Shown here: positions 27,371 to 39,994 of the stretch, in pieces | How the letters are laid out: each line of letters opens with the position of its first letter | Numbering within the stretch: position 1 is the stretch's first letter | Source: Yuukianura sp. NJ FZ-2021 | Taxonomy: Eukaryota | Assembly: GCA_046563655.1 (NCBI GenBank) | Contig: CM102284.1 | Coordinates: forward strand, 4,836,001-4,900,000 | Length of the DNA: 64,000 nt | Reading direction: 5' to 3' | The notes under the pieces: generated by a model | What the model was told of the DNA's origin: nothing | What the model saw: the letters and a program-made list of their open reading frames with translations, nothing else | Database searches by the model: none | Position numbers and translations under genes: made by a program

Positions 27371-29498
27371 TTACAAGTGGACGAACAGGACGATGGGACA
27401 ATGGTCAGATCCGAAAACGTCTTTTCGGATGGTACTCTCAACGAGGGATTCCTTCAGTTTCTCAGACAGCAGGAAATAATCCAGTCTCCATCCAACGTTT
27501 TTGGAACGGGCGTTTCCTATGTACGTCCAGAAAGTATACGCCTTCTCATCCGGATACAAAGAGCGGAAAGAGTCAACCAACTTCAAGCTATTCAGTAGCT
27601 CAGTGAATCCATCTCGCTCTTCCTGGGTAAACCCTGCCGTGTTCGTATTCGTCTTTGGATTGGCAAGGTCTGTAAAGAGGGGGACAAAATTGGTGAATTC
27701 ACGGTATCATTTAAGGGCGTGTCAGTTCAATACGTTGCTCAACTCACCAATGGACTCATGCGCAACATTAAAGTCACCGGTGACAATGACTGGTTTCTTC
27801 TCGTCTAGCGTTTTGATGTAATCTTTGAAAACCCGATCCCAGGTTTGACGCTCTCCATTTGTCACACGCGGAGGATATCCTCTTGGATGCTTGTCATCTT
27901 TCACTCCACGTCCACCGTTAGGAACATCTAATGAATCAACATAAAGAGACATGATGAGTTTTAGAACTTGTAACTCAGCGGGAGTGCAGATTTTTAGATT
28001 TGGATTTGATGAAAAGTACTTACAGACATTCAACAAGTAAAATTTTTCAAATTCAGTCACGATTAGTCGACCTTCTTTGTTGAAGTTGCGTTTTATCTTT
28101 TTGTCCTCTTCTGAATCATCGTCTCCAACTGGAATGCCATAAGAGACACTCTCGGGCTTAACTTTAGAGAAAGTTGCCACTCCATTGTGTCCATTAGCTT
28201 CTTCTGCATAACACCAGTAGGTGTGCGGGTAGTCCGGAATGGATTTCACCTCTGAGGGTTTCGTTTTCTCAGAACATTTGATTTCTTGTAAGCATATGAC
28301 GTCGGGGTTCTCACGTTTCAAATATTCAAGGCCATCTTTCTGAAAAACAAAAGAATTGACATGTAAATTCAATTTGATTATAAATTTTATGCGATTTGAT
28401 AAATAAAAAAGTGTTATGTTAAGTTACCTTGACCCAAGCCCTAATGCCAGCAACGTTCCAACAAGAAATTTTGAAATTCCATGAGTCATCAGCCGGAGTT
28501 TTCTTGTCGCAAGTGAAATCCAAGGAATCGTAATCAGTTTTAGTGGGATTCATCAGATTTGATTCCCCTTTTGAGCCTGAAGAGGAGCCCGGCTTTTCTT
28601 TTTTCTTCGTTTTCTCCTCGTCTTTCTCTTCTTCTTCATCGTCACTACCACTCTTTTCTTCGGCTTCTTCTGATTTCGGACTTTCAGCCTCCTCAGTCTT
28701 ATCGTCCTCCTCTTCTACGTCGTCTTTTCCTGAACTCTTTTTGTCCTTGTCCAGAACTGGTGCTGCTGCTGCTGGTTTGGTTTCTTTAACTTCGTCTTCG
28801 GTAGTTCCCTCACCTTCTTCGTCAGACCTCTTCTTCTCAGGCTCATCGGTTTCCATATCGTCCTCACTGTTATCCTTCTCTGCTGCTTCCAGTTTAGCCT
28901 TCTTATTTCCATTCGTCGTTTCTTTCGGCTTCCGACCTCGCTTCTTTGGAGCTGGAGCAGCTTGTCGCTTCGGTTGAGACCTTGTTGGTGGCTTTTCTTT
29001 CTTGAGTTTCTTGTTGCTCTTCTTCTTTCCGTACTCACTGCCGGAAGTATCACCAGAACCAGAGGCCTCATCCTCCGACACCTCTTCGGAGCTCGCCTTC
29101 TCTTCTTCATCAGAGGACTCTGCTGGTCGCTTTCTTTTGCCATTAGAACTGGCTGCAGTTGCAGCCTTTGGTTTCCGTCCACGTTTCTTTGGGCTCAACT
29201 GAGCTTTACCGGCGGGCTTCCGACCACGTTTTGCAGGAGCTTTCTTTGGTGACGGTTTACCCTTCTTCTTCTTTTTTCCGTACTCACTTCCAGAACTTTC
29301 CGCCTCAAAATCCGACCCGGAATCACCACCAACATCTTCCGGTGAACTGGGAGCATCATCTCTGAAGTCTTCTTCGGATCCCTCATCTTCGACGTAACTC
29401 TTGCGTGCTCCTCGGGTCGTCCGTGGAGCCTTATCCGTTGGTTTTGTACTACCGCTCTCCTTATTAGCTGCCTTCGTTCCACCGCGTCCACGACCCAT
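27371..29498 (-). CDS. APEX1: AP endonuclease (ExoIII/APE1 family, Rrp1-like) with long charged N-terminal extension
   Basis: [61 protein letters not shown]. Confidence 0.95.
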
Positions 29499-31265
29499 GT
29501 TAATAATACAACTGAAAAGAAATCATAAATGAGTGAAAGAATAGCAAACCAGTCATTAATAAGCATATATGAGTAACATGCTGAGATAATGCCAAGGTTG
29601 TAACTTACAGTCGCAGTTGTGTAGCAAGGTGTATTTCTAGATCCCAGTTGGTGCAAAACGAAGTACTGGCAACTGCGTTGTATCGTTTTACCGGAACCAC
29701 CGGTTGGAGTGAGAGTAAACTTGTGAATGAGTTGTGTTTCGGGCGGGCAAAAATGGAAGAGTAAGACTTCGAGAGCAATCGACACCGAATCAAACGAAGA
29801 ATTCGATCCCGAATTGTTTTAACTTGACAGGCTAAAAGTAATAGTAAAACCTCCGGTTTAAATTAGGAATTAATTAAACTAAATATAAATAATTATGAAC
29901 TAATTGTGAATTTGATTTACAACTAATCTATCACCGAAGATGTCCAATTCCCCACGAAACAAGCAAGGAGGGTTCACACAGCAAACGGCAATAACCAACA
30001 AGGCTTTTCTTCCAACCCAAAATGCAGACGCAGAGGCAGACAAGTGCGAGTGTAGTGTAATGCATTTTGGCTGGGTTGACTTCGGTGGCGGAAGAGTCAA
30101 CTAATTCGGTTGATCATAAGGATGCCATATTCTAATTGTACCCAGCATAAAATTATTTATTTAAATACAAATTATACGCGTCAAAAAATATTAAACCACA
30201 GAAGGGGACTTATGAGCTTTAGAAAAGTAAGAATTGCTTAAATTGCTGTTTTTTCTCCAATTTTTGGACCTATAAATTTTTTCTCTCCCACTTACAGTGA
30301 GTCATAAAAAGGCTACAACACTTCCACCGGAAATTGATTTTTAAATCCTTCTTTCACGGGTAAAGAAAAAAAGCAAAGCTTTCAAATCTAATATACTAGC
30401 CGAAGCTGGTTCATGTAGAAGATGCTGCCAGTACTTTCACTTTTTCAATTTTAATTAACAATTGGCTGTGAAAGCACGATTTAAAAATCAACTTCCGGGG
30501 AAAGCGTTGCAGCCATTTTATGGATCTCTGTACATCATGTTAGGTGGAAGTATCCGGAAGTATCTATTTACATCCATTTTATCTAAGCATTTCTTCCGGG
30601 TAAAATCGGAGGAAATATACCATCCACATGAATATGCACTTGACGAAATGTCAAAAAGGGGATATCCAGCAACACTGTTGCGTTATCATTTCAAAGTCCG
30701 TATTGAAGTCATCCTCTGCTGACTATGATGTCAATACAACTGGGAAGTTTAATATAAATATTTATGGTTTTTGTTCCTCACCTTCTCGGGTATTGTGTTA
30801 CAATTATGAAGCTTATCCTGTACGTCAACCAGCTAGTCAAATCAATGCAAGAAAAAAAAAAGATAAAAAGACGCTTTTGTTGTTCTTTTGAATCAACACA
30901 ATCCACGCATGCGTAATTGTAATTAGAAAATGTACCCACCCACCCATGTTAAGCGTTTAGGTAGTTTATGTTTATGATGTTCTAATTGCTGAACCGATTT
31001 TTTTCTTCTAATTTTAGCCTATTTTTGAGGGAAATATACACATATAGACGACCTTGGTTCGAAACTTGGAAAATTTTGGACGTTGCGTTGGTCCCCGGAC
31101 TGCACTACTGCAACTGAGCAATTTTATTTCGATTTGGGCACCCTTCGAGAGGAACTTTGAAAGACTAGACTATTGTTCACTTGGAAGGCCATAAACACTT
31201 ATTGCTGGCAATAATCAGAGGAGAAGTTTCAATTTCCATTGAAGGAAGACTATTGACTACTGCTA

Positions 31266-31993
31266 TTACCAGTACTTCCGATACGTTGAGTCCATTACCC
31301 AATCGACAAAATGATCAATGGGTTTGACGATAAACGGGATGCTACCGAGGCCAATTCCAGTAGTGGTCCATTTCTGGGCGTATGGAGTGAGAACACGGAC
31401 GTTCCGGAGAATCATAGCTGAGAGAAAGCATATTCGATTGATTGTGAATCCAGGAATGGCTACCGATGCTATGCGAGGAAAAATAACAAGATGAACTTAC
31501 TATGATATTACTTGTATATGAAAATTCGGAACAAAAACAGAAAGATGAATTTACCTAAAGTCTGCCAAATTAGCACATCAAACCCTCGACGTAGCTTCAT
31601 ATTCTATACAAACGAACATCAAATCTTAAAGTCCGATGCAAGGAAACTTAAAAATTCTAGCAAAATGACTCACCCTGTCATTAAATCTCTTGGTTTTGTC
31701 GTATGTATCAGCTAGTACGTACGTAAATGCAGTTACGTAAGAGAGTGTTACAATCTTGGGAGGTACTAAGGCTCGAAACGCTTCTCCTACCTCGTTTGCG
31801 TAACCTGTTTACACATACGCATTAAAATTTACATCTTACTTTACTACAAATACGTGGTTTGAATGTACCGTTTACCTAACAAGCGTATAGGTGTGTCTCG
31901 GTAAATATCAACGGTGTGCGATGAGGACCCTGAATGATCTTTTGCGAAGGCCTTGTAATGGTTGGTGTCCTTTTCTTTGGTGGAGTCCCCCAT
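31266..31993 (-). CDS. MTFP1: Mitochondrial fission process protein 1 (MTP18), 4 coding exons; absent from the ORF track
   Basis: Spliced translation DIYRDTPIRLL|GYANEVGEAFRALVP...YVLADTYDK|...DVLIWQTL|ASVAIPGFTINRIC...IPFIVKPIDHFVDWVMDSTYRKYW*. Confidence 0.93.
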
Positions 31994-32606
31994 ATTTACG
32001 TCACCTGTAAATAAGTAAGTTGGAAAAACATTAAAATGCGAAGTACCAGACTAAACGATGCGAACGACTTACGTTTGTCGCGATGCCTTTTTTGGTAGTG
32101 TACAAAGATCCACTTCTTTGAGCGTTTATCAATATCGAATTCCGATTGTTTCGTTCAATTTTCAATTCAAGAATCAAGATTCAAGAGCACCGAATCTGAG
32201 GAATTTCTTAAATGTCAAACGTCGACACATGAAATGAGAGTGAGAATTTAAAAAAAAATCTAAAAACAAAAACAAACAGTTTGAATTGATGCAATTCCCT
32301 CCAAAAATGGACGAATTTTTTATGTGATTTTGAATTTTGAGACGAATTTTGGTTTTTAACGCAATGCCGCGAACTTCATAATTCAAGTACTAGCTGAAAT
32401 TATGAAATATTTGAAATTGTCAAATTCACAAATTCGTTTGTGAATAAATTGCAGTTTTTCAGTTTACTTTCAGTACTTACTTGACACTTTTACTTTTGTC
32501 AACTAATTAATCCGTTTGTCAACATCGGTAATTGGCATAATTTAAATTTTGTGATTGTAGATACGGCATTGCGCATGAGAGACAAATGTTGCTCACCTGG
32601 ATAGAA

Positions 32607-33029
32607 ATGGCGACGACAAGAAGAGACGTTCTGTCACTGTACCGGAGAATACTACGATTGGGACAAACATGGGTAGCCAAGGACCCGGCAAGCACTTCCG
32701 CCGAACAACAATACATTCAGCAAGAAGCAAAAACGTTATTTCGTAGTAATAGAAATGTTTCAAGGGATGAGATAGACGCACTGATGAAGACGGCCGAGGC
32801 TCGCATTGAGATAGGTAACAGTTAATTAACACTAGTTTCGACATTTGTATGCTGTTTTTATAATAATTTACTTGTAGTATGTGGTGGATGATTTGTTTTT
32901 TGATTTGTTGCAGCACTTCACTACCGTAACCCATACCCGAGACCGGTTAACGTTGCTCCTAAGACTTTAGCCTTGAAACATGGACATCAACGAACAACCG
33001 ATAGCCACAGATCCGAAAAACTGAGATAA
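32607..33029 (+). CDS. LYRM1: LYR motif-containing protein 1 (2 coding exons)
   Basis: VLSLYRRILRLGQTW...YIQQEAKTLFR...AEARIEI|ALHYRNPYPRP; intron 32815-32913. Confidence 0.92.
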
Positions 33030-33925
33030 TAATCAAATCACTGAGGATAAACTTATTACAAGGCACAGGGGTAGTTCGTTCTTGTAAATTCGGAGCTTTG
33101 CCGCTAACCGCCCCGCTCCTGCAAGATCGGCCGACGCCGAGCCATGGACTTCTTACCGGTCTGCTTGTACTAGCTTTATTTAGTGAAACTAGTCTTTGTT
33201 TCGAGTTTAGCGGTTGAGAATTAAAAATTACCGGAGGTAATTAATTGTTATGAAAAATATTAAACTTTTACAAGCGTATGTGCAGCAATACAAGCAGTTT
33301 TTATTTCCCTATTTACGTCACATTTCCTAAAATCTAGAGGGTATTCTTGTAGTATTCTTTTTAGTTTTTAATATCTTCGTACTCGAATCGAATGCAACAT
33401 CCGAACAATCAAGAGTATCACTAAGAAGTACTACCATCTTGCAGAGATTCTCAAATTTGAAATTAGGTACATCTTTTTAACTGTAAACATTGAGATTACC
33501 ATTGAGATATGATAAACATTGAGATATGATTAACTTTGACCTGTGCCCTGGTAAAACTTTACATTGTTGACAAGATGCTACTAGAATCTACACAGATCAT
33601 TAAAGTACACTGGTGTAGCACGCGAAAAATTATAGCTAAGCTGAGTCGTTAACATCCTAATCTCGTTGAGTTTGGCTAAGCGTTCTTGAAAATATTTCAA
33701 ACTCTTTGAATTTTAGAATTTTTCTTACCAAACAATATTGAAGGCAACATCATGGACCATCCATTTCAATCAAAGAATAGAGAAATATTTTGGGAAAGGA
33801 AAGGCATACGTTTAAGGCATTAGAGATTTTCAGCAACTGAAGTTTATGGTTAATCTTGTACATTACTTGTAGAATTTCTGCCAGTTTTTGCCACTCTTCA
33901 AATAGCTGCATTTGTGGAACGCTAT

Positions 33926-34946
33926 TTAGTAGTTGGTGGTCGTAGATTTATACGGCAAGGGTGCACTGTCATCCGACGGAAGTGGTGGATATGCAGGTTG
34001 TGCGAAACCAACCTGCGGTGGGTACGCAGCAGTAGCAGGTCCATATGGTGCATACCCACCTTGTCCATAAGGCGGTGGATTTTCAACTGTGCCGTCCTTC
34101 GGAACGTATTGGACTGCGGCTCCAGTTGGTACACGTCCGTCTTCCTTCACTTCTTCCATGAACGCGTAGACAACCCAAGCTTGGTAGCCAACAATGACGA
34201 AGACAATGAGAAATCCAATAATGATTCCGCCAGCACTTGCCGCTTCTTTATCGCCATGAGATGTAGGTTTTCCGTAGAAAAGGCTCGAGCAGGCCTGGAT
34301 GAAGGAGAAGAACAAGAACAGCAAGGCCAACACAAACCAAATTCGGCATTTGTAGATGTTTCTCTGTTGGAATAAAATAAAATTACGTTTTAATTAGTCA
34401 TGTACTTGAAAGAATATCGAATTTTTAGTATCCAAACGCTTCGACTTGAGAAATTCACCTTTCTGGCTCCGATGAAAAGGAAGATAGAAGCAACCAGGAA
34501 AACGATAGCTTGGACGATGTAGAAAATCGCAACGAGCAGCACAACAATACCGACGGCAGCAACTAGAATATTCAAAAAACGACATTTGAAAAAAAAACTG
34601 TCTTCAAAATTGGAATCTACACCAATTCTTACGAGTGCCTGCCTTTGTAGACTCGTCCAGTGACACGGTAACCCTTGTGGAGTCATCTTCATACTCATTC
34701 TTCTTTGACGTGGTTGAAGTCGCTGCGACGGAGATCGCTACTAAAAAGAAGATCAGTTGAAGAATTGATCCAATCAACATCAGGACGGAACCGATCTACG
34801 CAAGTCAGCAAATATTTCAAAGAAAAATCATAGTAAAAGTAATTACTAAGGCCACAATTGGTAAAGTAACTTACGATATTGATGATCGCGACAATCGTCG
34901 TACCGAGCTGCAGTCTGCAGCAACAACAGGGATTCATGACAGCCAT
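33926..34946 (-). CDS. Four-TM membrane protein (LAPTM-like architecture), paralog A
   Basis: N-terminal MAVMNPCCCC.L.LG, hydrophobic helices, LFIGARK, WVVYAFM and a Pro/Tyr-rich tail with PPPY. Confidence 0.75.
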
Positions 34947-36363
34947 TTCGTCTTAAGCCTTGCCTTCTTCCTCAAAAAATTGTCTGTTCTGGACTTGAAC
35001 TGGTTTTGATCGGTGGTTATTACACAAAATACTCTAAGACTTGTTCCAAATTATCTAAAAACGAAACCACAAACCACACATTAGCAAAATTCAGCCAAAT
35101 GAAAAATATGTCCAAGTAATTATTAACGAATTAAGCTCACCTTGTTATCGTTGTTAACACACTGCTGGTTATTTACCTCTTCGTTGCTACAGTTATGGTT
35201 TCAGACGAAGCTTCCACCGCATCGAACGGAGAAGTAAAGACGATGCAAAAGCCAGAACCAGACTAGCGATGAATTTTGAGGTCGAAATGAACAAAAAGTC
35301 TGAATCTGGATTGGATATCCAACTTCCTTTGTAACGTTTAACTAGTTACAAAAAAAGATACTGAAAACACGCAAGGAAGAAACAAAAGAGATATGATTAT
35401 GCTTTCGTATACAGACCTGTGAATACGCAGGAATATGGGTGTGGGATAAGATGTAAAAGATGCTTCCGAGAAGCTCTGCTCTTGCTGATGAAGTTTAGTG
35501 CAGAGATGACGACAAAAACAACTCCAAGGCTATTCGATCTCAGATGACCTTTTGACCTTCTGTTTCCAATTAAAGAGCTATACTAGTCTAAACCCAGGGA
35601 CACTACTTGGAAGCCTGCTTCCACTTTTTGTCCAGCATATTACATGAGTTTCATACCCGCCCTTCCCTAACGTGATTGGTTAATCATAGTAATTGTAAAA
35701 AATTGAATAAAGTGCTGTAGAATGCGTCATCGTCACACATTATCGCATGGAGGTCCTTCCACTGTTCCACTTGTTTCTTGCTTTATTGCTCCGGACAGAA
35801 CAATATTCTACAAGCATATTTTAGAATTCCAAAGAAATGCTATTTACCTAACTTTAAAAGCGATAACAAGAATAACTGTTTACAGTTTAGTTTTAGCTGC
35901 ACAAAGACTGTGAGTCATTTGTTAGCAAAATCGAGTCTAACGGGAAGCTTTGTAAAATAAAAATGCTGGCCTAGCAAAAATATGTTGGACGTAATTACCT
36001 TCAATTGCTTCTTTCGCTTGAAATGGCACCAATGAGTCATTGACATGCGATCCAGTTCACTTCGAATCAATTCTGTAGCTTAGTCACTGACTACCTTTGG
36101 TCAAGTGACTTATTCTTGAAGGTCGAAATGGTATGACGGTGAAGAAACGCCGGATTCAATTACTTATATTTAAGCGCTGTGCTATTTCTGGAGAATCTTG
36201 AAGTCACGAGACGAAGACTGTTGATTCCTCGCGGTTTAAAATTTTACGGAGTATTTCAGCACATTCTGTTTGATTCAGTTCCAATTTCCAACATCGCATC
36301 ATTTCATCTGGCTTGAGATGCTTGTACTGGTGATCCATCTCATGTCGTTGATGCGGCGACATG

Positions 36364-37457
36364 TTAATTGTTAGGATGTATGAGAGGTTGCGTTGGTTGA
36401 TATGGATATACACCCGATGGCCCCTCCGTCGTGGCTGTGAAGCCCGTGTAAGACACGGTAGGATTTCCATACGGTGGTGGTGGATCTCCCGGTTTCGGGG
36501 CGTAGTACACGACTCCTCCAGCGGGGTTGAAGGACGGAGCGGACTGTTCCCTCTTCAGTTCATCCATGAATGCATATACGACCCACAGTTGGTATCCTTC
36601 GATGGCAAGACTGAAAAATAATGCCACCAATTCCTTGACGACCGTCACGATAATCAACGGCGTGTGTTCAGCACTGCTGAGTCCCCAGGCCCATATAGCC
36701 ACTCCGATGTTGAACAATTTGAAAATGACGTAAACAGCCAGAAAAAGTAGAGTGACGATGTACCAGAGGCGACATTTCGCGATTTCTCTCTGTAAAAAGG
36801 AACAAATGAAGCGTAAAGGTTTCGGTTCTGGTTTCAGATTTTTAGTATAAGCGGTGACATTCTGCGTCTGTGTAATAGTCTAACGGTGACGTACCTTCCT
36901 GGCTCCGAGAAACAAGACGATGGACATCACGAAGGTGATAAGACAAGACAGGACGAACACTATCGTCAGTACCATCAAGAAGATTCCTATCGCTGCAACT
37001 GAAAAAAGTAAACGTTTATGTTGTGTTTTAGCTGTATGGCCTTCAAACAAGTTAGATTTTAGTATTTGAAGGTTTACTGGCCGCTTCTTCTGGATGTGTT
37101 GTGGTTGTGGCGCTGGAGTCATCATGTCCGTCTGGTGATGGGTAAACCCAAGGTCCGTCAAACTCTTCATTCTTTCTGTTATTCTTCTGGGCAACCGCAG
37201 CCAGTGCCAACCCGACTCCAATCATTAGCGTCACAGTGTACCAGATCAGTGCCGTCATTGACAGCGCCTATTTCATACCAAAATGATATTTGTAATTTCA
37301 ATTTCATAAAACAAGACCAAGCTCAACAAACAACGTATTTTCCGGAGCTGAATAACCCGGAACCCGACGGAAGTGTATAACTGCTTACCATATTCACAAT
37401 GGCGACTATTGTTACTCCCAGTCGAAGTTCGCAGCAGCAAGGGTTCATCACCGCCAT
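36364..37457 (-). CDS. Four-TM membrane protein (LAPTM-like architecture), paralog B
   Basis: MAVMNPCCCELRLG..IVAIVN, LFLGARK, YQLWVVYAFM and a PPPPY tail; same exon layout as paralog A. Confidence 0.75.
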
Positions 37458-38045
37458 CTTAGATCTTGATGAACGAAATCCGCCACCACAAAATGGAATT
37501 CGATAGAATTCCTATGTAATCTTTTTACCGATAGGCTGGAATCGTATTCGTAACGAGGCCCACAGTCCTCCGACAGTTGGACACCAAGAAACTATAATAC
37601 TCTAGCAATACTAATTGGCAATTAATTAGTTTCTTTAGGTCAGCAAATGCGGAGGTGTATGAACTGGAGTAAAATCTGCACAGCAGATCATATGATCAAA
37701 CATAAACAAAAGAACCGTGTTTTAGGCAGGCGTGGCTTGGGTGTTGCTTATCCATCCGAACTTCGGTGGTATTGGTCATGTCACTGCCAACAAATTGTTA
37801 ATTAGTAACATCAATTTAATCGTCAGTTCTTAAAACTATTAATTCACACCTTAAATTATTCTGTCGTTAGTAAAAGCGAATAAAATGAAAGAAAAGGGAA
37901 AGTAGATGAAAGTTTGCAGTTGCTATGACGACCGAATGTTCCTTGGAGCAATCTATTCTTTGCAAACTTTCTAAAACAATGATCCTACTCTCTCCCACAA
38001 AGTGAAACGAACAGAAATTGTGATCAGTAGAGTTAGCCAAGTCAT

Positions 38046-38549
38046 ATGGGCTGCTGCTGTTGCAAGAAACAAAATCGTGGTGGACGTTTCAATAGACCAA
38101 GATTCGGATCCAAAGCCCTGGAAGAAAAACGACAAGAAATCATGGCCTACAACTCCACGCACACCGTTCATCAAGTACTGGATCGAGCCGATTTCGAAGA
38201 ACAACTGAAATCCGCCGGTTCGAAGCTCGTCGTGGTCGACTTCTTTGCCACTTGGTGCGGACCCTGCAAGATGATCGGACCAGAAATGGAAAAAATGGCT
38301 GACGGAATGGCGGACGTCATTTTCTTGAAAGTAGACGTGGATCATTTGGAAGAACTTGCAGCCGAACACAACATCACTGTCATGCCGACGTTCATCGCTT
38401 TCTTGGAGGGCAAACGTGTCGGGGACTTTTCTGGAGCCAACGTCGAGAAATTGAAGGCTTTCGTCAATGAGAAGAACAAGTTGGAGCGACAACCTGTCAC
38501 TGCCAAGGTCACGGAGGAACCTGCTGCCCCCGTCCCAGTTAAAGACTGA
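38046..38549 (+). CDS. Thioredoxin with N-terminal extension (intronless)
   Basis: LVVVDFFATWCGPCKMIGP, FLKVDVD and MPTF cis-Pro motif. Confidence 0.93.
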   Translation: MGCCCCKKQNRGGRFNRPRFGSKALEEKRQEIMAYNSTHTVHQVLDRADFEEQLKSAGSKLVVVDFFATWCGPCKMIGPEMEKMADGMADVIFLKVDVDHLEELAAEHNITVMPTFIAFLEGKRVGDFSGANVEKLKAFVNEKNKLERQPVTAKVTEEPAAPVPVKD

Positions 38550-39994
38550 AAAATTCAAAAATACAACAATCAACACACAGCAATAATCATTTCCAAAGTC
38601 AATTAACGTTAAACTACACGTTCGAAGCTCTAAGTAATCACACTAGATTCCTCTTATCCAAATTAATCTAAAATCTTTTACCTCAAAACACCGAATAAAC
38701 CTGATTTTCTGAAAAAAAAAAGTTAGCCTTTGCGAACACGGATTGTGACCTTGACCTAGGTCATTTCGGTTTAAAACCAAAAGATTTTAAGTTTAAGATT
38801 TCTAAACTTTGGTACAGCATCTTTTTGGTATCCGATGACACGGGTATTAGAATTTGGATAAGCTTTTGTAACAATGATCCACTTAAAAGCACTGCTGCGA
38901 AACTGAGAGCACGACGGTACATGATACTTGCAGCATTTTCAACTGGGGCAGATGCTGCATTCCCAGTCTTATGGCCACTTTTTCAACATTGTACGTTGAC
39001 AATGACAACGGAGCGTCCGTGGATTCAATTTCCACTGCAGGCTTCAACACTTCAAGTTTCGAATGTAAGCCAAACAATTTAGCAGCACCTCCACGGCCTA
39101 TACGAAGCAAACACATCACAAATTAGAATATACCTTCGTAGATGATACCAAAATCATAGGATATCCTTACCAATTGGTTTTGGCAGTACACAAGTACACA
39201 CACGGGAGTTGACATGGTTGAAGTTCCTCCCTTCGATGGATCTTACAAATAATACACTGGACACAAGAGTTACCACTTGTAACTTACAAGGAGTTACAAA
39301 AATTTATTAAATTAATTTAGATTTACAAATTAATTCTAGCCAAATAACAAGTAAAGAGGGCCCTTATTCACCAATTATCCTAACAAGAGGTGTAATAATT
39401 ACTAAAATCTCCCTCCAAGTTAAAACATCCGAAAAATCTATTACACAACTTATGATAGGAGGATCAAAAGGAATGAAACTTGTCTGGACCCACACTCTAT
39501 TTCAATAAAACTAATCCAATTAATTGATTTAAACAAAAACTGTTAATCGTAAACCTAAAACTAAAACTTCTGGACCACGGCATCTCTCAAAGTTTCAAAC
39601 TGTTGGATCAGCGTGGTTGTAAGGGAGTCCAAGGATATCGACGTGGGAGAAGACAACAGGAGGGCAGCTCCAATGGACACGGACATTCCGCAGCACAACA
39701 GTGCTGCCCTCATTACACTTCTTCTCCCCAGTTGACTCTTGGACGCGGGAACTGGAGCAGTCCCGTTGTCTATACGACGACCACTGGATCCAGGGAGATT
39801 AGTGCTATTGGTCCTTACCAAATTAGAATTAAGTCTATTAACTTCCTCAACTAAACTAATTTCTACTCTACGCAGGGGAGGAAGTTGGTTCCGATTATTC
39901 TTTTCAATACGTCCTACGGACACACGTCTTCGTGGGTCACGTGATTCCAATTGTCGTGTCGCTGAATGACGTGAGCTCCGCTCCGTCGAGGCCC

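Noticed and set aside
28543-29365. Several plus-strand Ser/Phe-rich ORFs
   Set aside because: Antisense shadows of the low-complexity APE1 N-terminus; the same applies to 41054-41497.
30462-31200. Short plus-strand ORF fragments (possible decayed gene)
   Set aside because: Multiple stops and no recognisable family.
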